The notes under the pieces are model-generated. The model was not told the origin of the DNA, searched no databases, and was given only the letters and a program-made list of their open reading frames with translations. Positions 27,141 through 37,029 of a stretch of DNA of 46,755 nucleotides are shown here, piece by piece. The DNA comes from a virus (taxonomy: Duplodnaviria; Caudoviricetes): the IMG/VR virus record IMGVR_UViG_3300005573_000133, positions 1 to 46,755 of that record. One strand, 5' to 3'. The position numbers and the translations under genes were made by a program. Position 1 is the first letter of the stretch; each line of letters begins with the position of its first letter.

Positions 27141-27721
27141 AGCGTATATATGGACCTGTGCAGACTACTAGTGATGAACCAGTACTCGCTGGTACCTTCT
27201 CTGGAGGAACAGCGAACATAATCCGCATCTACAATGGAGGTGAAGCACCGCTCTACTTCTCTCTGAATGACTGTAAGAGTTGGTACTTCATGGCGGGTCG
27301 TGCTATCTATCAACTGCACGGCGTTAATCACAAGGATGCTAGTGTCTACATCCGCAGAGAGGGTGGAGGTGTCAATGTAACGAATTGCTACGTTGAGATT
27401 TCAGACGGACCAATCCGCTCTCCGCAGGAGTGGATTGCTCTCGGATGCTATCGTCAGCACAGCGATGATGTACTCACTGCTACGGGGACCACTGTGTACA
27501 CATACCAAGCCCCGCATAGCGGCGTCAAAGCTGTGAAGATACAGATTGTGAGCGGGAATGGTCTCCTCGTTCGACATGACATTGGAGAAGGAGACCCTAA
27601 TGCTGGTTCTCTGCGCGTGACTCAGAGCGAGTGGCTCCTCTTCGATGAGATGAAGCCAGTCATCAAAGTCAAGAGCGTAGATGGAACCACCACGACTTTT
27701 GTACTCATATGGGCGAGTTAG
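27137..27721 (+). CDS. Putative virion structural protein
   Basis: 194 aa, beta-rich, coupled within the late operon. Confidence 0.5.
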   Translation: MKRIYGPVQTTSDEPVLAGTFSGGTANIIRIYNGGEAPLYFSLNDCKSWYFMAGRAIYQLHGVNHKDASVYIRREGGGVNVTNCYVEISDGPIRSPQEWIALGCYRQHSDDVLTATGTTVYTYQAPHSGVKAVKIQIVSGNGLLVRHDIGEGDPNAGSLRVTQSEWLLFDEMKPVIKVKSVDGTTTTFVLIWAS

Positions 27722-28383
27722 TACAACATCCCGTCCCCGTCCATACTAGCAATGATGGTGGCAGTGTGAAGTGCTGGAGCACCGCTGTCACCATCCTGAT
27801 AATGTGGCTGCTGTTCCTCTCCACTGGATGCACTCACACCCTGCCCTCACATGCAGATATGCAGCAGCCACAGAGAGAAGCAACATCTGTCAAAACATAT
27901 CTGGATGCTGTGGAGACAGATGCTAAGAACCTCCAGCCACACGTTATGCAGAGCGGTGTTGCTCTGTACAAGTCTATGCTGGAAGGGATAGAGAAGCTTA
28001 AGGCCACAGTAGAGCGGCTCATCGTTGGGATTGACACCCAGACCCGCATAGCACAAGAGCAGGAGCGTCAGCTCCAGAGACTCCAGGATTTGTCACGCAC
28101 GCTCCACCGAGCTCTCTTCTTGGGTCTGGTAGTGTTAGCTGCTGGTGCTGTGGTTCTCTTAGTTCTCAAGTTGACTACTCTCGGTTTAGCCATGGTGGTG
28201 TTCGGAGGAGTGCTTGCCATCGGTGCAGTTGTTCTCGTACGCGTGTACGAGGTGCCCTGGTGGTTGTGGGCCTGCGCTATTGTGTTGTTGGTAGTGGGTG
28301 TAGTTCAGGTCATCGTCGATGCCGTCCGCCGCGGGTCTCTCAAAGAAGCACTCCTCACACCGCCATGGGAGGATTGGAAGTGA
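27709..28383 (+). CDS. Lipoprotein-signal, coiled-coil, multi-TM membrane protein (spanin/holin-like)
   Basis: Hydrophobic stretch ending LSTGC (lipobox-like), heptad region, then 3 hydrophobic helices. Confidence 0.55.
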   Translation: MGELVQHPVPVHTSNDGGSVKCWSTAVTILIMWLLFLSTGCTHTLPSHADMQQPQREATSVKTYLDAVETDAKNLQPHVMQSGVALYKSMLEGIEKLKATVERLIVGIDTQTRIAQEQERQLQRLQDLSRTLHRALFLGLVVLAAGAVVLLVLKLTTLGLAMVVFGGVLAIGAVVLVRVYEVPWWLWACAIVLLVVGVVQVIVDAVRRGSLKEALLTPPWEDWK

Positions 28384-28384
28384 G

Positions 28385-28678
28385 ATGAGCAATATCGATG
28401 AATTGCATGCTAAGGTAGATGCTATTGCTTCGGATGTTCACCGCATAAGTACTATCCTTATAGGGAATGGACATCCTCAGAATGGTATGGTTGTGCGCCT
28501 AGACAGAGTAGAGCGGAGGATGGATACTCTGCAGTGCGCCTCACACGACGAGAGGATGACCCGCATAGAGAAGTCCATCAATAAGGCACTTCTCATTTAT
28601 GGTGGTATTGCTGTGGGTCTTGGTTTGCTGGCTAACATCCAGCAAGTACTTGCATTTGTGAGGAAGGTGATACAATGA
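28385..28678 (+). CDS. Coiled-coil protein with C-terminal TM (holin/XhlA-like)
   Basis: GNG...GMVVRLDRVE; C-terminal ALLIYGGIAVGLGLLA. Confidence 0.5.
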   Translation: MSNIDELHAKVDAIASDVHRISTILIGNGHPQNGMVVRLDRVERRMDTLQCASHDERMTRIEKSINKALLIYGGIAVGLGLLANIQQVLAFVRKVIQ

Positions 28679-28860
28679 CAGAGACAGAAATCAGAAGGAT
28701 CATAGTTGAGCCCGTTACTAAGAAGGTACTTGTCCAGATGGTGGACAAGAAAGAGATTGAGGGACGCACATACATAAGCCCCCGCATAGCAACCCTTGAC
28801 CTGGACAAGGATGATGATGCGAAGGCTTTCCTCAGTGCAATACAGGCTAAGGTAGAGTAG
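28675..28860 (+). CDS. Hypothetical protein
   Basis: 61 aa, ATGA-coupled. Confidence 0.55.
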   Translation: MTETEIRRIIVEPVTKKVLVQMVDKKEIEGRTYISPRIATLDLDKDDDAKAFLSAIQAKVE

Positions 28861-28864
28861 AGTA

Positions 28865-30022
28865 ATGGCTACTTGTACAAGAACAGACAGGGGTGCTTGG
28901 GAAGATGAGTATTGGGATCCCTCTCCTCCTGGAGAGTATGATACTGCGGATCTCAATGGCTACTATGTTACTCTCAACTCGTATGTGACAGTAGCTAGTG
29001 TTACTTCTAGTGCGGGTGGGGGTTATGTGACTATAGGAAGTGGTGGTTCCCTCACCACCTCCACAGTAGTGGGAAGTCAAGACAATCTCATTGAAGTGAA
29101 CGGTGGCTCTCTGTATGTGACTTCGTCTGCTACACAGAATAGTACGAGTTACACGGACTTCCTAATTCATGTTGTTAGTGGTTATTGTGATGTAAAGGAT
29201 CCCTCAGGAAAAGTATTGTACATAACTGAGAGTGGTAATGGCAGTGCTACTGTAAGAGGTACCATCTATCAGGGGACTGCTTCCAACTATGTAATCTGGG
29301 CGCGCGGTACTGGTACCATAAGTTTCGATGTAACCTCAATATGGGGAGACCTTGGATGGACTCCTATTTGGATAGATGGTGCCACAGCAGTGGGGTCTAT
29401 TGTAGGAGGTGACCGTGCAATCCTCTATATGTCAGCTGGTCGACTGGGTGAAAGTTCAAGTAATCCCCTCCTAGTGTATGCGAGTGCAGAGAGTTCACAA
29501 GGTAGTATACCTATTGTAGTCAGTGATGGTATAGTCGAAGCACTACGCATAATAGGTGAGATAGGTGACTATGTAAATAGGTCCCTTCTTGAGATAAGTG
29601 CAACTGGTTCTCATCATGTGGAACTCACTGTCACCTCTGGGGACCTTAACTATACAGGGATAATAGCGCTGTGGGCTGGTTCTTTGGAGGTTACAGGTGA
29701 TGTGACTATAGGTAATACGAGTAGTATTGTGTACATGGGTCCTGGTGCCTCATCAGTCACCCTCAAGTGCAAGATTACGATGGATATCTGTGCATTGCCT
29801 ATCTATGATGAGAGTACAGCTGGTACGCTGTACTATGTAGCGCCTAACATGATTGAAGCGATGACTATTAAGAGTGATGGTAGTGACCAGAAACTGGAGT
29901 TGCCAGACTATCCCTCAGCGGATTCAATCAAGAAAGGTGTCACAGCTAGGTTCTCTACTATAACAGGTACGTACCAGGGTGGAGGTGGTGGAGGTGGTCA
30001 CATGAGTCATTTGTATGGGTGA
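28865..30022 (+). CDS. Beta-rich Ser/Thr/Gly virion protein (fibre/spike-like)
   Basis: 385 aa with beta-solenoid-like composition; C-terminal YPSADSIKKGV...ITGT. Confidence 0.5.
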   Translation: MATCTRTDRGAWEDEYWDPSPPGEYDTADLNGYYVTLNSYVTVASVTSSAGGGYVTIGSGGSLTTSTVVGSQDNLIEVNGGSLYVTSSATQNSTSYTDFLIHVVSGYCDVKDPSGKVLYITESGNGSATVRGTIYQGTASNYVIWARGTGTISFDVTSIWGDLGWTPIWIDGATAVGSIVGGDRAILYMSAGRLGESSSNPLLVYASAESSQGSIPIVVSDGIVEALRIIGEIGDYVNRSLLEISATGSHHVELTVTSGDLNYTGIIALWAGSLEVTGDVTIGNTSSIVYMGPGASSVTLKCKITMDICALPIYDESTAGTLYYVAPNMIEAMTIKSDGSDQKLELPDYPSADSIKKGVTARFSTITGTYQGGGGGGGHMSHLYG

Positions 30023-31454
30023 GAATGTACTCAGGTTTGAGTATCTTCCTAAGCAGGGTCAGTTCTTCGAGAACTGTGACCGAGTCGTACACTCTGCATA
30101 TATAGGTGGCTTTGGTAGTGGTAAGACCTATGCGTTGTGCATACAAGCATTGCGTGCAGCAGCGCACTACGGTGCTGGTTCTCTAGGCTTAATTGGTGCA
30201 CCTACCTATAAGATGCTCTCTGATGTAACGCAGAGAACCTTTCTCAGGCTCTGTCCTCCTCAGTGGATTAAGGTCTATCACAAGAGTAGTAACAAGATCA
30301 TTCTCAAGAATGGTGCTGAAATCCTCTTTCGTTCACTGGAGAACGAAGAGAGATTGGCAGGTCTCACACTAGATTGGTGGGGTCTGGATGAGGTTGGCTC
30401 TGTAAAACTCGATACTTTCAGGATGTTGCAGGGAAGGATGCGTGGGAACCAGCGTTGTATTGGGTTCTGTGTAGGGAACCCCGCTGGTCCCACGCACTGG
30501 ACTTATGATTATTTTGTTGTAGAAGCACAGAAGAGACCTGAGAGTTATGCGCTGGTACAAGCACCTACACTGGAGAATGTCTTCCTCCCGAAGCAGTACA
30601 CAGAGGAAATGAAGGGTTCTTTCAAGGAAGGAACACCTTACTATCGCAGATATGTACTGGGAGAGTTCGTTGCATTTGAGGGTGCATACTGGGGTGACTT
30701 CGATTTGCGTCCCTATCCTGATGGATTGGTGTGTACAATCGATGATATTTGGAACAGTTCCATCCTCGATAAGAGCAGTAAATGGACATGGGGACGCGTG
30801 ATTGACTTCGGATTTGAGCATCCCTTCGTGTGTCTCTGGTATGTGTGTGATGGTCGAAAGATTATTTTCTTTGATGAGTACTATCAACGCCATCGTACAA
30901 TGAGAGAACATGGAGCAGCTATTCGTGCAAAGGATGTAGAACACTGGGAGAAGTATGCGTTCCCAATACCTCAGCATGCATACACAGACCATGATGCTCA
31001 GGCCAGGGCAGAGCTGGAGCATCTGGAACTTCCAGGAGTTGGCAGAGCGGGTATCTTTTGTGTGCCCGCAGAGAAGGAAGTGATGGATGGAATCCTCCTA
31101 GTACAGACATTGATACTAACTAGGAGGATCTTCGTTACGAAGAATTGTACACAAACCTTGAGGGAGATTCCTTCCTATCGTGCAAAGCCAATAGAGAAGT
31201 GTAAGGATGAGAAGCCCCTCAAGGAGAATGATGACTGTTGTGACTGCGTAAGAATGGCTTGTTCATGTGAGTTGGAGCATGTCGCACCCTGGAGGAGAGC
31301 TGAAGGTGCGCGAAGGATTCTGGGTGATCCTGAAGACATAAAGATCGAGGAGCTCCCCAGACCACCTGACCCCAACCGCATAGCAAACCCTGACATGCCC
31401 TACGTGAGGATCCAACATGGCATTGGAGCCTTTGACAAGACCCCGACCATCTGA
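30015..31454 (+). CDS. terL: Terminase large subunit
   Basis: GGFGSGKT Walker A, APTYKML, GLDE Walker B, GNP, DFGFEHP, DDCCD nuclease acids; directly upstream of the portal. Confidence 0.92.
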   Translation: MGENVLRFEYLPKQGQFFENCDRVVHSAYIGGFGSGKTYALCIQALRAAAHYGAGSLGLIGAPTYKMLSDVTQRTFLRLCPPQWIKVYHKSSNKIILKNGAEILFRSLENEERLAGLTLDWWGLDEVGSVKLDTFRMLQGRMRGNQRCIGFCVGNPAGPTHWTYDYFVVEAQKRPESYALVQAPTLENVFLPKQYTEEMKGSFKEGTPYYRRYVLGEFVAFEGAYWGDFDLRPYPDGLVCTIDDIWNSSILDKSSKWTWGRVIDFGFEHPFVCLWYVCDGRKIIFFDEYYQRHRTMREHGAAIRAKDVEHWEKYAFPIPQHAYTDHDAQARAELEHLELPGVGRAGIFCVPAEKEVMDGILLVQTLILTRRIFVTKNCTQTLREIPSYRAKPIEKCKDEKPLKENDDCCDCVRMACSCELEHVAPWRRAEGARRILGDPEDIKIEELPRPPDPNRIANPDMPYVRIQHGIGAFDKTPTI

Positions 31455-32898
31455 TAATGGGGATCAGCAAGCGCTACTGAAGGAGTATCAGCGCATTCGT
31501 GCGGATTATCTAGCACGAATGCAGACTAATACTGTAGCACCACCTATAACAGATGCTCATGGGTTTACCTGGAAGCAAGGGATTCCCCTCACTGAGCGGT
31601 GGGCTGGGTTTGATAAGGTATTCTGGACACTGATTGCGGGTGTAGTTACTGACCCTGACTACGCCCTCCGCAAGGATCCCAAGGTATACATGAGGATGCT
31701 GAGGGATCCTCAGATATATTACTGTTTGGAGGTTAGAAAGGCTGCTACTACTGGCCTCCCGTGGGTGGTGAGACCTCCAGATGATTTCATGAATGATCCT
31801 CAAGCATTGGAGTTTGCCAATGCAGCAGAGCGGAGGTTGAAGAAGATTAGCAACATCTCTGAGATGTTCTCTAATCTGATGGACGCTCTTTTGCCAGGTA
31901 TGGCGGTAGTTGAACTGGTTTGGGGACTGGATCCTGACTCAGGGGAGTATGTTGTGAAGGAACACTTCCCTGTGTGGAAGGACAGGTTTGTGTTCGATAA
32001 GGATGGGAATCTCCGCCTCAAGACTAGGAACTCACCTGTAACTGGTGAACCTGTACCGTCCTATAAGTTCATTCATCACATATTCAATGTAAGTGATGGT
32101 AGTTGGCTGCGTCCAGAGGAGATGGGATACTGCTACTTCGGTAAAGGTCTCGCAGATACACCTCTCTATCACTACTTCTACTTCAAAGTAGTGACGCTCA
32201 GATACCTACTCAAAGCGTTGGAGCAGTATGGTCTGCCCTTCAAGCTGTTGTATACTGGACCTCAGAATGCACTCCTCGCACAGAGGATGGCAGATATCAT
32301 GGCTGCACTGCAGAATGACAGTGTGGTGCAGGTACCTGGTAAGAAGGGAGAGGTGAATGTTGATGTAGTGAAGAGCACAGGTAGTGTTGATTTCTTCATT
32401 TCCTTCATTGAATACATAGACAGACTCATTACAAGAGCAATACTCGGTCAGGAGTTGATGACCGAGATGCCAGATGTAGGTAGCTATGCGGCTGCCAGGG
32501 TGCATCGTAGTGTCTTCATGCAGATTGTTGAGAGTGATAAGAATCAGTTGGAGGACACGATCAACAAGACACTGATGAAGTATGATGCAGCCCTCAATAC
32601 ACCGCAGCTCCCAGAAAAGGTACGACCCAGGTTTCTGTTCAAGAGTGCACCATCTACAGATGCTGCTGCCTTCCTGCAGGTGGTCAATGCTGCTATCAAT
32701 CTGGGTCTAGAAGTGTCTGAGGCTCAGATAAGAGAGGCTACAGGATTGAGAGAACCCTTCCCTGGTGAGGCAACTGTCTCTCAGCAGAAGATACAAATGA
32801 TGCAGATGATGATGGCTGGTGGAGGTCAGCCTAACAATGCCAGTACCGAACAGGAAGGAACAGCACAATCCAAAGTACATAAGAACGCTCGAAGGTGA
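31417..32898 (+). CDS. Portal protein, Mu gp29/DUF935-like
   Basis: DA...G.AVVELVW, GxGL, EQYGLP, ITRAILGQELMTE..GSYAAARVH. Confidence 0.88.
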   Translation: MALEPLTRPRPSDNGDQQALLKEYQRIRADYLARMQTNTVAPPITDAHGFTWKQGIPLTERWAGFDKVFWTLIAGVVTDPDYALRKDPKVYMRMLRDPQIYYCLEVRKAATTGLPWVVRPPDDFMNDPQALEFANAAERRLKKISNISEMFSNLMDALLPGMAVVELVWGLDPDSGEYVVKEHFPVWKDRFVFDKDGNLRLKTRNSPVTGEPVPSYKFIHHIFNVSDGSWLRPEEMGYCYFGKGLADTPLYHYFYFKVVTLRYLLKALEQYGLPFKLLYTGPQNALLAQRMADIMAALQNDSVVQVPGKKGEVNVDVVKSTGSVDFFISFIEYIDRLITRAILGQELMTEMPDVGSYAAARVHRSVFMQIVESDKNQLEDTINKTLMKYDAALNTPQLPEKVRPRFLFKSAPSTDAAAFLQVVNAAINLGLEVSEAQIREATGLREPFPGEATVSQQKIQMMQMMMAGGGQPNNASTEQEGTAQSKVHKNARR

Positions 32899-35800
32899 GC
32901 TCCGCCAGCATAAAGTACCTCTCAGGACGAGGTTGCAGTGGCTGAGCCGCGTGTTCGGTGGGCGTGGAGGATTGAAGTCTGAAGATTTGTATAGGATTTC
33001 TCAGAAAAGAAAACCTGCTGGACCAGTTTACATATATCCCTATGTGAAGAATGCACCACCTGAGGTGAACAGAATCTTGGAGGAGACATATAGAAGACAC
33101 AGGGAGGAGACGAGACCTCTCGTGGAGGCGGGAAAGTTGGACGAGAGGAAGGCAAAGACCATGGCAGCCATTGCAGCCTGGACAAATGTTAGGAAGGCAG
33201 GCTACAGAAAGGTGCATAAGATGCAACCCACCTGGGAGAAATATGCATATGGGATTCCACGACCTGGTAGTATGTCCGCCCCCTATACAAAGGTGTGGAA
33301 GAGCATGCTAAAGCATGTAAGTGAGAATCCAGCAGTATTCGGCCCTGAACGAGCGAGGGAATTGATAGTCAAGGCTCATAACGCATCAGCAAGAGCGAAG
33401 TTTGAGGTTCTGAAGGATGTAGCTGAGTTTCTACAAAAGAAGGGAGTGGATCTAGGGTCTCTTGGTGTACCCAGTCACATCATACAGGAGGTTGGAAAGA
33501 GAAGTGTCTCACAAAGTTGGAAGGTTCCAGCTGCTTTAGGTACTATGGGTGTCATTGGTGCGGTGGGTTTGGGTGCTTATGTTGGTTCAAAACTTCTGAA
33601 GAAGAGGGAGAATCCTCGTGTGTTGGATTATAGGCGGAGTTCTGGTAACTCTGCTAGATTAAAGGACACGAGGAATGTGGGGGAGTTTTTTATTCAACCT
33701 AGGGACCCCGAGCGTGTTAGGAAAATGTATATCAAGATAATGCAGCACTTGAGGAATTCAGGTGTGGCTATCCCAGGAGAGGAACAACAACAATATGCCG
33801 ACCCACTCAGTATTGCTCAAGGTTTAGTTCAAGCAGGTCTAGGTGGTACATCGTTTGGTGGTTCGATACCTAGTATTAGTAGTAGCAGTAGTAGTCGTAT
33901 TGCTCCAGAGGGTAAGCTAGCGAGTCTGGGTAAGGCGGTGCTTGGTATTGGTCTTGCTGGTGCGTTGCCTATAGCAGGTATCGCAACAGCACGTTTCTTG
34001 TCGCGTCTTTCGAAGGTTCACCCAGACCTTCCTGAGATAGAGATTGAAGATGAGAGACCAGACTATGCTTCATTGGAGGATGCTGTGACATATGCATTGA
34101 GTCCCTCCTCACCTTCATATTTCAGGAAAAAGTTGTACAAGGTCTTAACGCGTGCATTGAAGTATGCGGAGGGGTTTGGTGCAACTAGCATTGCGAAGCA
34201 GTTGGGTAGGATGGAAGGTGCTGCACTGGCTCATTCTCCCGCTAGTACAGCAATGAAGACGCGTTTCATTGGTAGGCTTGGATGGGCTGTCTCAGTTGCA
34301 CAGCCTCAGTTACTGAAGCTCATGCCTAAGGATGTTCCCGAGTCTCCAATATTGAACTATGCAGTACCAAGACTAAGAACATTGAGCTACCTTTCACAAG
34401 AGAAGAGGATGGCAGCTGCCAATGAGCTAAGTAAGCGCGTTCGCAAGGCGATATTGCTCGGGACTTGGCAGCCTCCAGACCCAGAAAGGGGAGTAAAGGA
34501 ACCAGAGACACTTAGGGATTTCCAAGAAATAGCCAGGAGCCTCAAGAAAGGAGATGTCTCCAAAAGAGTTCCTCTATATGGTGCATGGAAGATAGCAGAC
34601 TACAGCCAAAATTCCTTAGGAAAAAGTTTCTGGGATAGTCTGGAAAAACTTCCACAGGATACATTTGATCATATTCAAATTCATCTGAATGGGGGGCTTC
34701 CATCCACACTCTTGACACCAGATGAATATCTAACATTGCATAAGATATGGCACCAAACGGTGGAAAGTCATCATAAGAAGTATCATGACATGATCATGAA
34801 ATTGCATCAGCAGGGAGCAAAGTATGGGCTAACTGGCCCCATATTGGTCTATGGGGCACGATCACCAGAACTAATAGCTAAGAGGTTGATAAATAGAGCT
34901 ATTAGGGGAGTCTTTAGGCCTCCTCCACCCACACCTCCTCCTGAGATGTCTATTAGCAGAAGAATGCTTACTAGACTACCACCACCACCACCTGCTAAAC
35001 TTCGGTCACTTCTACCTATAGCAGGTGTCGGTGCAGCTGCTACGGGTTTAGGTGCTCTTATGGGTTGGAGGCTAGGACGCCGAAGAGACTACTCGCTGAA
35101 GTCTCCAGTGTTGCGTTATATGTCGCCAGAGAAGAGAAGAGCTGCTATTGATACGCTGCATAAGCGCATTATAAGGTCAATGACAGTCGGACACTGGCTG
35201 CCTAACGAGGGAGTAAAGAGACCAGAGACACTCCCCGACTATCTAAAAATAGTAAGACAATCTAGGGTATGGAAGAAGCATGGACTCCCTACCACAGAAG
35301 AGGACTTAATTAGAACTGTCATACCTACTGTTCTGCAAGATCCAAGACACCCCATAAATGAGCATCTTGTCCATAATCTGAAGCGTCTCCCAGGAGGCAT
35401 GCTGAAACGCGTTCGAGCACACGTAAGAGGTGAGGGTCCACTAGGACGAAGGTTTAGGAGGATGTTGACAGGGGCGTGGGCTCAGAGTGTGAAAGACTTT
35501 CATAGAGAGAGTCTTAAGAGTAGTATTGAGAGATTGCATGACCCAGCCTTAAGAAGATTGCAGAAGGTAACAAGAACAGTAGAGGTGCCTAAGATAGTCA
35601 AGGTAACTAAGCCAGTATCTGCGCTGCCTCTGCTGGGGCTTGGTGCGGCTCTTGCGGGTGCTGGTGGTTTGGGGTCTTACTTTGTAGGTAGAATGATTGA
35701 GAAGGAGCGACAGAGAAGAGCGCTCAAGACTATGTTCGCGTTGGATACTCCTCCTACTAAGTATGATGTGTCTGTTCCTGTTATACTTACCGCCAGCCCT

Positions 35801-36118
35801 GCTGCAATAGGTCTCGGTGGCTTACTAGGTGGATTGTACGCTAAACACAGAGCGAGGGTACGCCTTCTAGATAAGATGATAAATGAACGCAGACCTTCTT
35901 GGAGGCAGAACTACTCATTTGCAGGTGTGGGTATGGGTGGATTTTCATTTGAAGATCTCTTAGGGGACGTATATAAGATTGCCAGGAATAAAGCTTTGAA
36001 GGATATAGGTCTCCATGCAGGGATACCTGCAGGTCTTGGTGCGGGGAGTTTTCTGACTTTCTTTCTCGCTAAGAGACATGCGCTGAAGAAGAGACTTCAG
36101 GCGGGTAAATCATTATAA
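32837..36118 (+). CDS. Large basic mosaic head-region protein (ChaB-like N-terminal domain, 6 Gly-rich TM modules, internal duplication)
   Basis: About 1093 aa between portal and protease. AAWTNVRKAGYRK..W resembles ChaB; repeated GxxxG hydrophobic stretches followed by basic tails. Confidence 0.7.
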   Translation: MPVPNRKEQHNPKYIRTLEGELRQHKVPLRTRLQWLSRVFGGRGGLKSEDLYRISQKRKPAGPVYIYPYVKNAPPEVNRILEETYRRHREETRPLVEAGKLDERKAKTMAAIAAWTNVRKAGYRKVHKMQPTWEKYAYGIPRPGSMSAPYTKVWKSMLKHVSENPAVFGPERARELIVKAHNASARAKFEVLKDVAEFLQKKGVDLGSLGVPSHIIQEVGKRSVSQSWKVPAALGTMGVIGAVGLGAYVGSKLLKKRENPRVLDYRRSSGNSARLKDTRNVGEFFIQPRDPERVRKMYIKIMQHLRNSGVAIPGEEQQQYADPLSIAQGLVQAGLGGTSFGGSIPSISSSSSSRIAPEGKLASLGKAVLGIGLAGALPIAGIATARFLSRLSKVHPDLPEIEIEDERPDYASLEDAVTYALSPSSPSYFRKKLYKVLTRALKYAEGFGATSIAKQLGRMEGAALAHSPASTAMKTRFIGRLGWAVSVAQPQLLKLMPKDVPESPILNYAVPRLRTLSYLSQEKRMAAANELSKRVRKAILLGTWQPPDPERGVKEPETLRDFQEIARSLKKGDVSKRVPLYGAWKIADYSQNSLGKSFWDSLEKLPQDTFDHIQIHLNGGLPSTLLTPDEYLTLHKIWHQTVESHHKKYHDMIMKLHQQGAKYGLTGPILVYGARSPELIAKRLINRAIRGVFRPPPPTPPPEMSISRRMLTRLPPPPPAKLRSLLPIAGVGAAATGLGALMGWRLGRRRDYSLKSPVLRYMSPEKRRAAIDTLHKRIIRSMTVGHWLPNEGVKRPETLPDYLKIVRQSRVWKKHGLPTTEEDLIRTVIPTVLQDPRHPINEHLVHNLKRLPGGMLKRVRAHVRGEGPLGRRFRRMLTGAWAQSVKDFHRESLKSSIERLHDPALRRLQKVTRTVEVPKIVKVTKPVSALPLLGLGAALAGAGGLGSYFVGRMIEKERQRRALKTMFALDTPPTKYDVSVPVILTASPAAIGLGGLLGGLYAKHRARVRLLDKMINERRPSWRQNYSFAGVGMGGFSFEDLLGDVYKIARNKALKDIGLHAGIPAGLGAGSFLTFFLAKRHALKKRLQAGKSL

Positions 36119-36122
36119 TGAG

Positions 36123-36626
36123 GTGATTATTATGAAGTGGCCACCACCGGAGTTAGGGTTTGATCCTGCGTACATTCTTTATCCTGGTATGCTAGGTGCT
36201 GGTGTCCTAGCTGGTTTTCTGCATGGTAGGCGTAGGTTAAGGGATGAGCTTGTAGATAGGATGATAAGAGAGCGACCTCTTCAGTGGAGGCGGAAGTACT
36301 CACTTTCTTATGCGCATACGACTCCTTCGGATTTGACAGGGGAGGAGCTTTCTAGGAAGCTGGCTATCCGAGGGGGAGTAGGTTTAGGTCTTTTTGCTGG
36401 AGGTCTCTTGGGTGCTTACCTCCTTAGAAAACGCTACTTGGAGAAGAAACTCAGGGAAGGTAGGTACAGTTTGAGAGGTAGGAGGAGGTGGATGTACTCG
36501 AATGGCGTAGCAAAGTATGTGGTTCCCTGGTCTCTATTGAGTGGTTTGGCAGGTGGAGGTCTGGGTTTTGTAGGTGGTAGTCTGTTTCAGCGTGAGAGAC
36601 AGGCTAAAGTAGTGAGGACATGGTAA
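36123..36626 (+). CDS. Three-module Gly-rich TM plus polybasic protein
   Basis: The first two modules align with the last two modules of the 32837 ORF. Confidence 0.65.
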   Translation: MIIMKWPPPELGFDPAYILYPGMLGAGVLAGFLHGRRRLRDELVDRMIRERPLQWRRKYSLSYAHTTPSDLTGEELSRKLAIRGGVGLGLFAGGLLGAYLLRKRYLEKKLREGRYSLRGRRRWMYSNGVAKYVVPWSLLSGLAGGGLGFVGGSLFQRERQAKVVRTW

Positions 36627-36627
36627 T

Positions 36628-37029
36628 ATGCCTTTCAAGAGTGAAGCACAACGTCGTTGGATGTGGCTTAACCATCCTGAGATGGCAGCTCGGTGGGAAG
36701 CACACACACCGAAGGGAAAGAAACTTCCTAAGTATGTTAGGAAGTACAAGAGACGCTATGACTTTGATGATGAAGGATGGAGGACAGGTATTGAGATAGG
36801 CAAGCAAGAGAGTATGTTGGGGACGAAGGTCGAACCTCTACGTGAGTCCTTGCTAAGGTCACAGTATGGACCTAGTTTTGACCTTGGTAGGAGATGGGGT
36901 AGGAGGCACAAGTTCACTAGTCCTAACAACATCATTGCCAAGGCTGCAGGTATGTGGAATGCAGCTAAGATGAGAGTGCTTCCGAACCTGACACCTCTCT
37001 CTGCTATTGATGATTATGAGGTATTCTAA
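36628..37029 (+). CDS. Basic phage protein with MPFKSxAQRR N-terminus
   Basis: MPFKSEAQRRWMWLNHPEMAARWEAHTPKGKKLP, a short motif I recognise from other phage head regions. Confidence 0.65.
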   Translation: MPFKSEAQRRWMWLNHPEMAARWEAHTPKGKKLPKYVRKYKRRYDFDDEGWRTGIEIGKQESMLGTKVEPLRESLLRSQYGPSFDLGRRWGRRHKFTSPNNIIAKAAGMWNAAKMRVLPNLTPLSAIDDYEVF

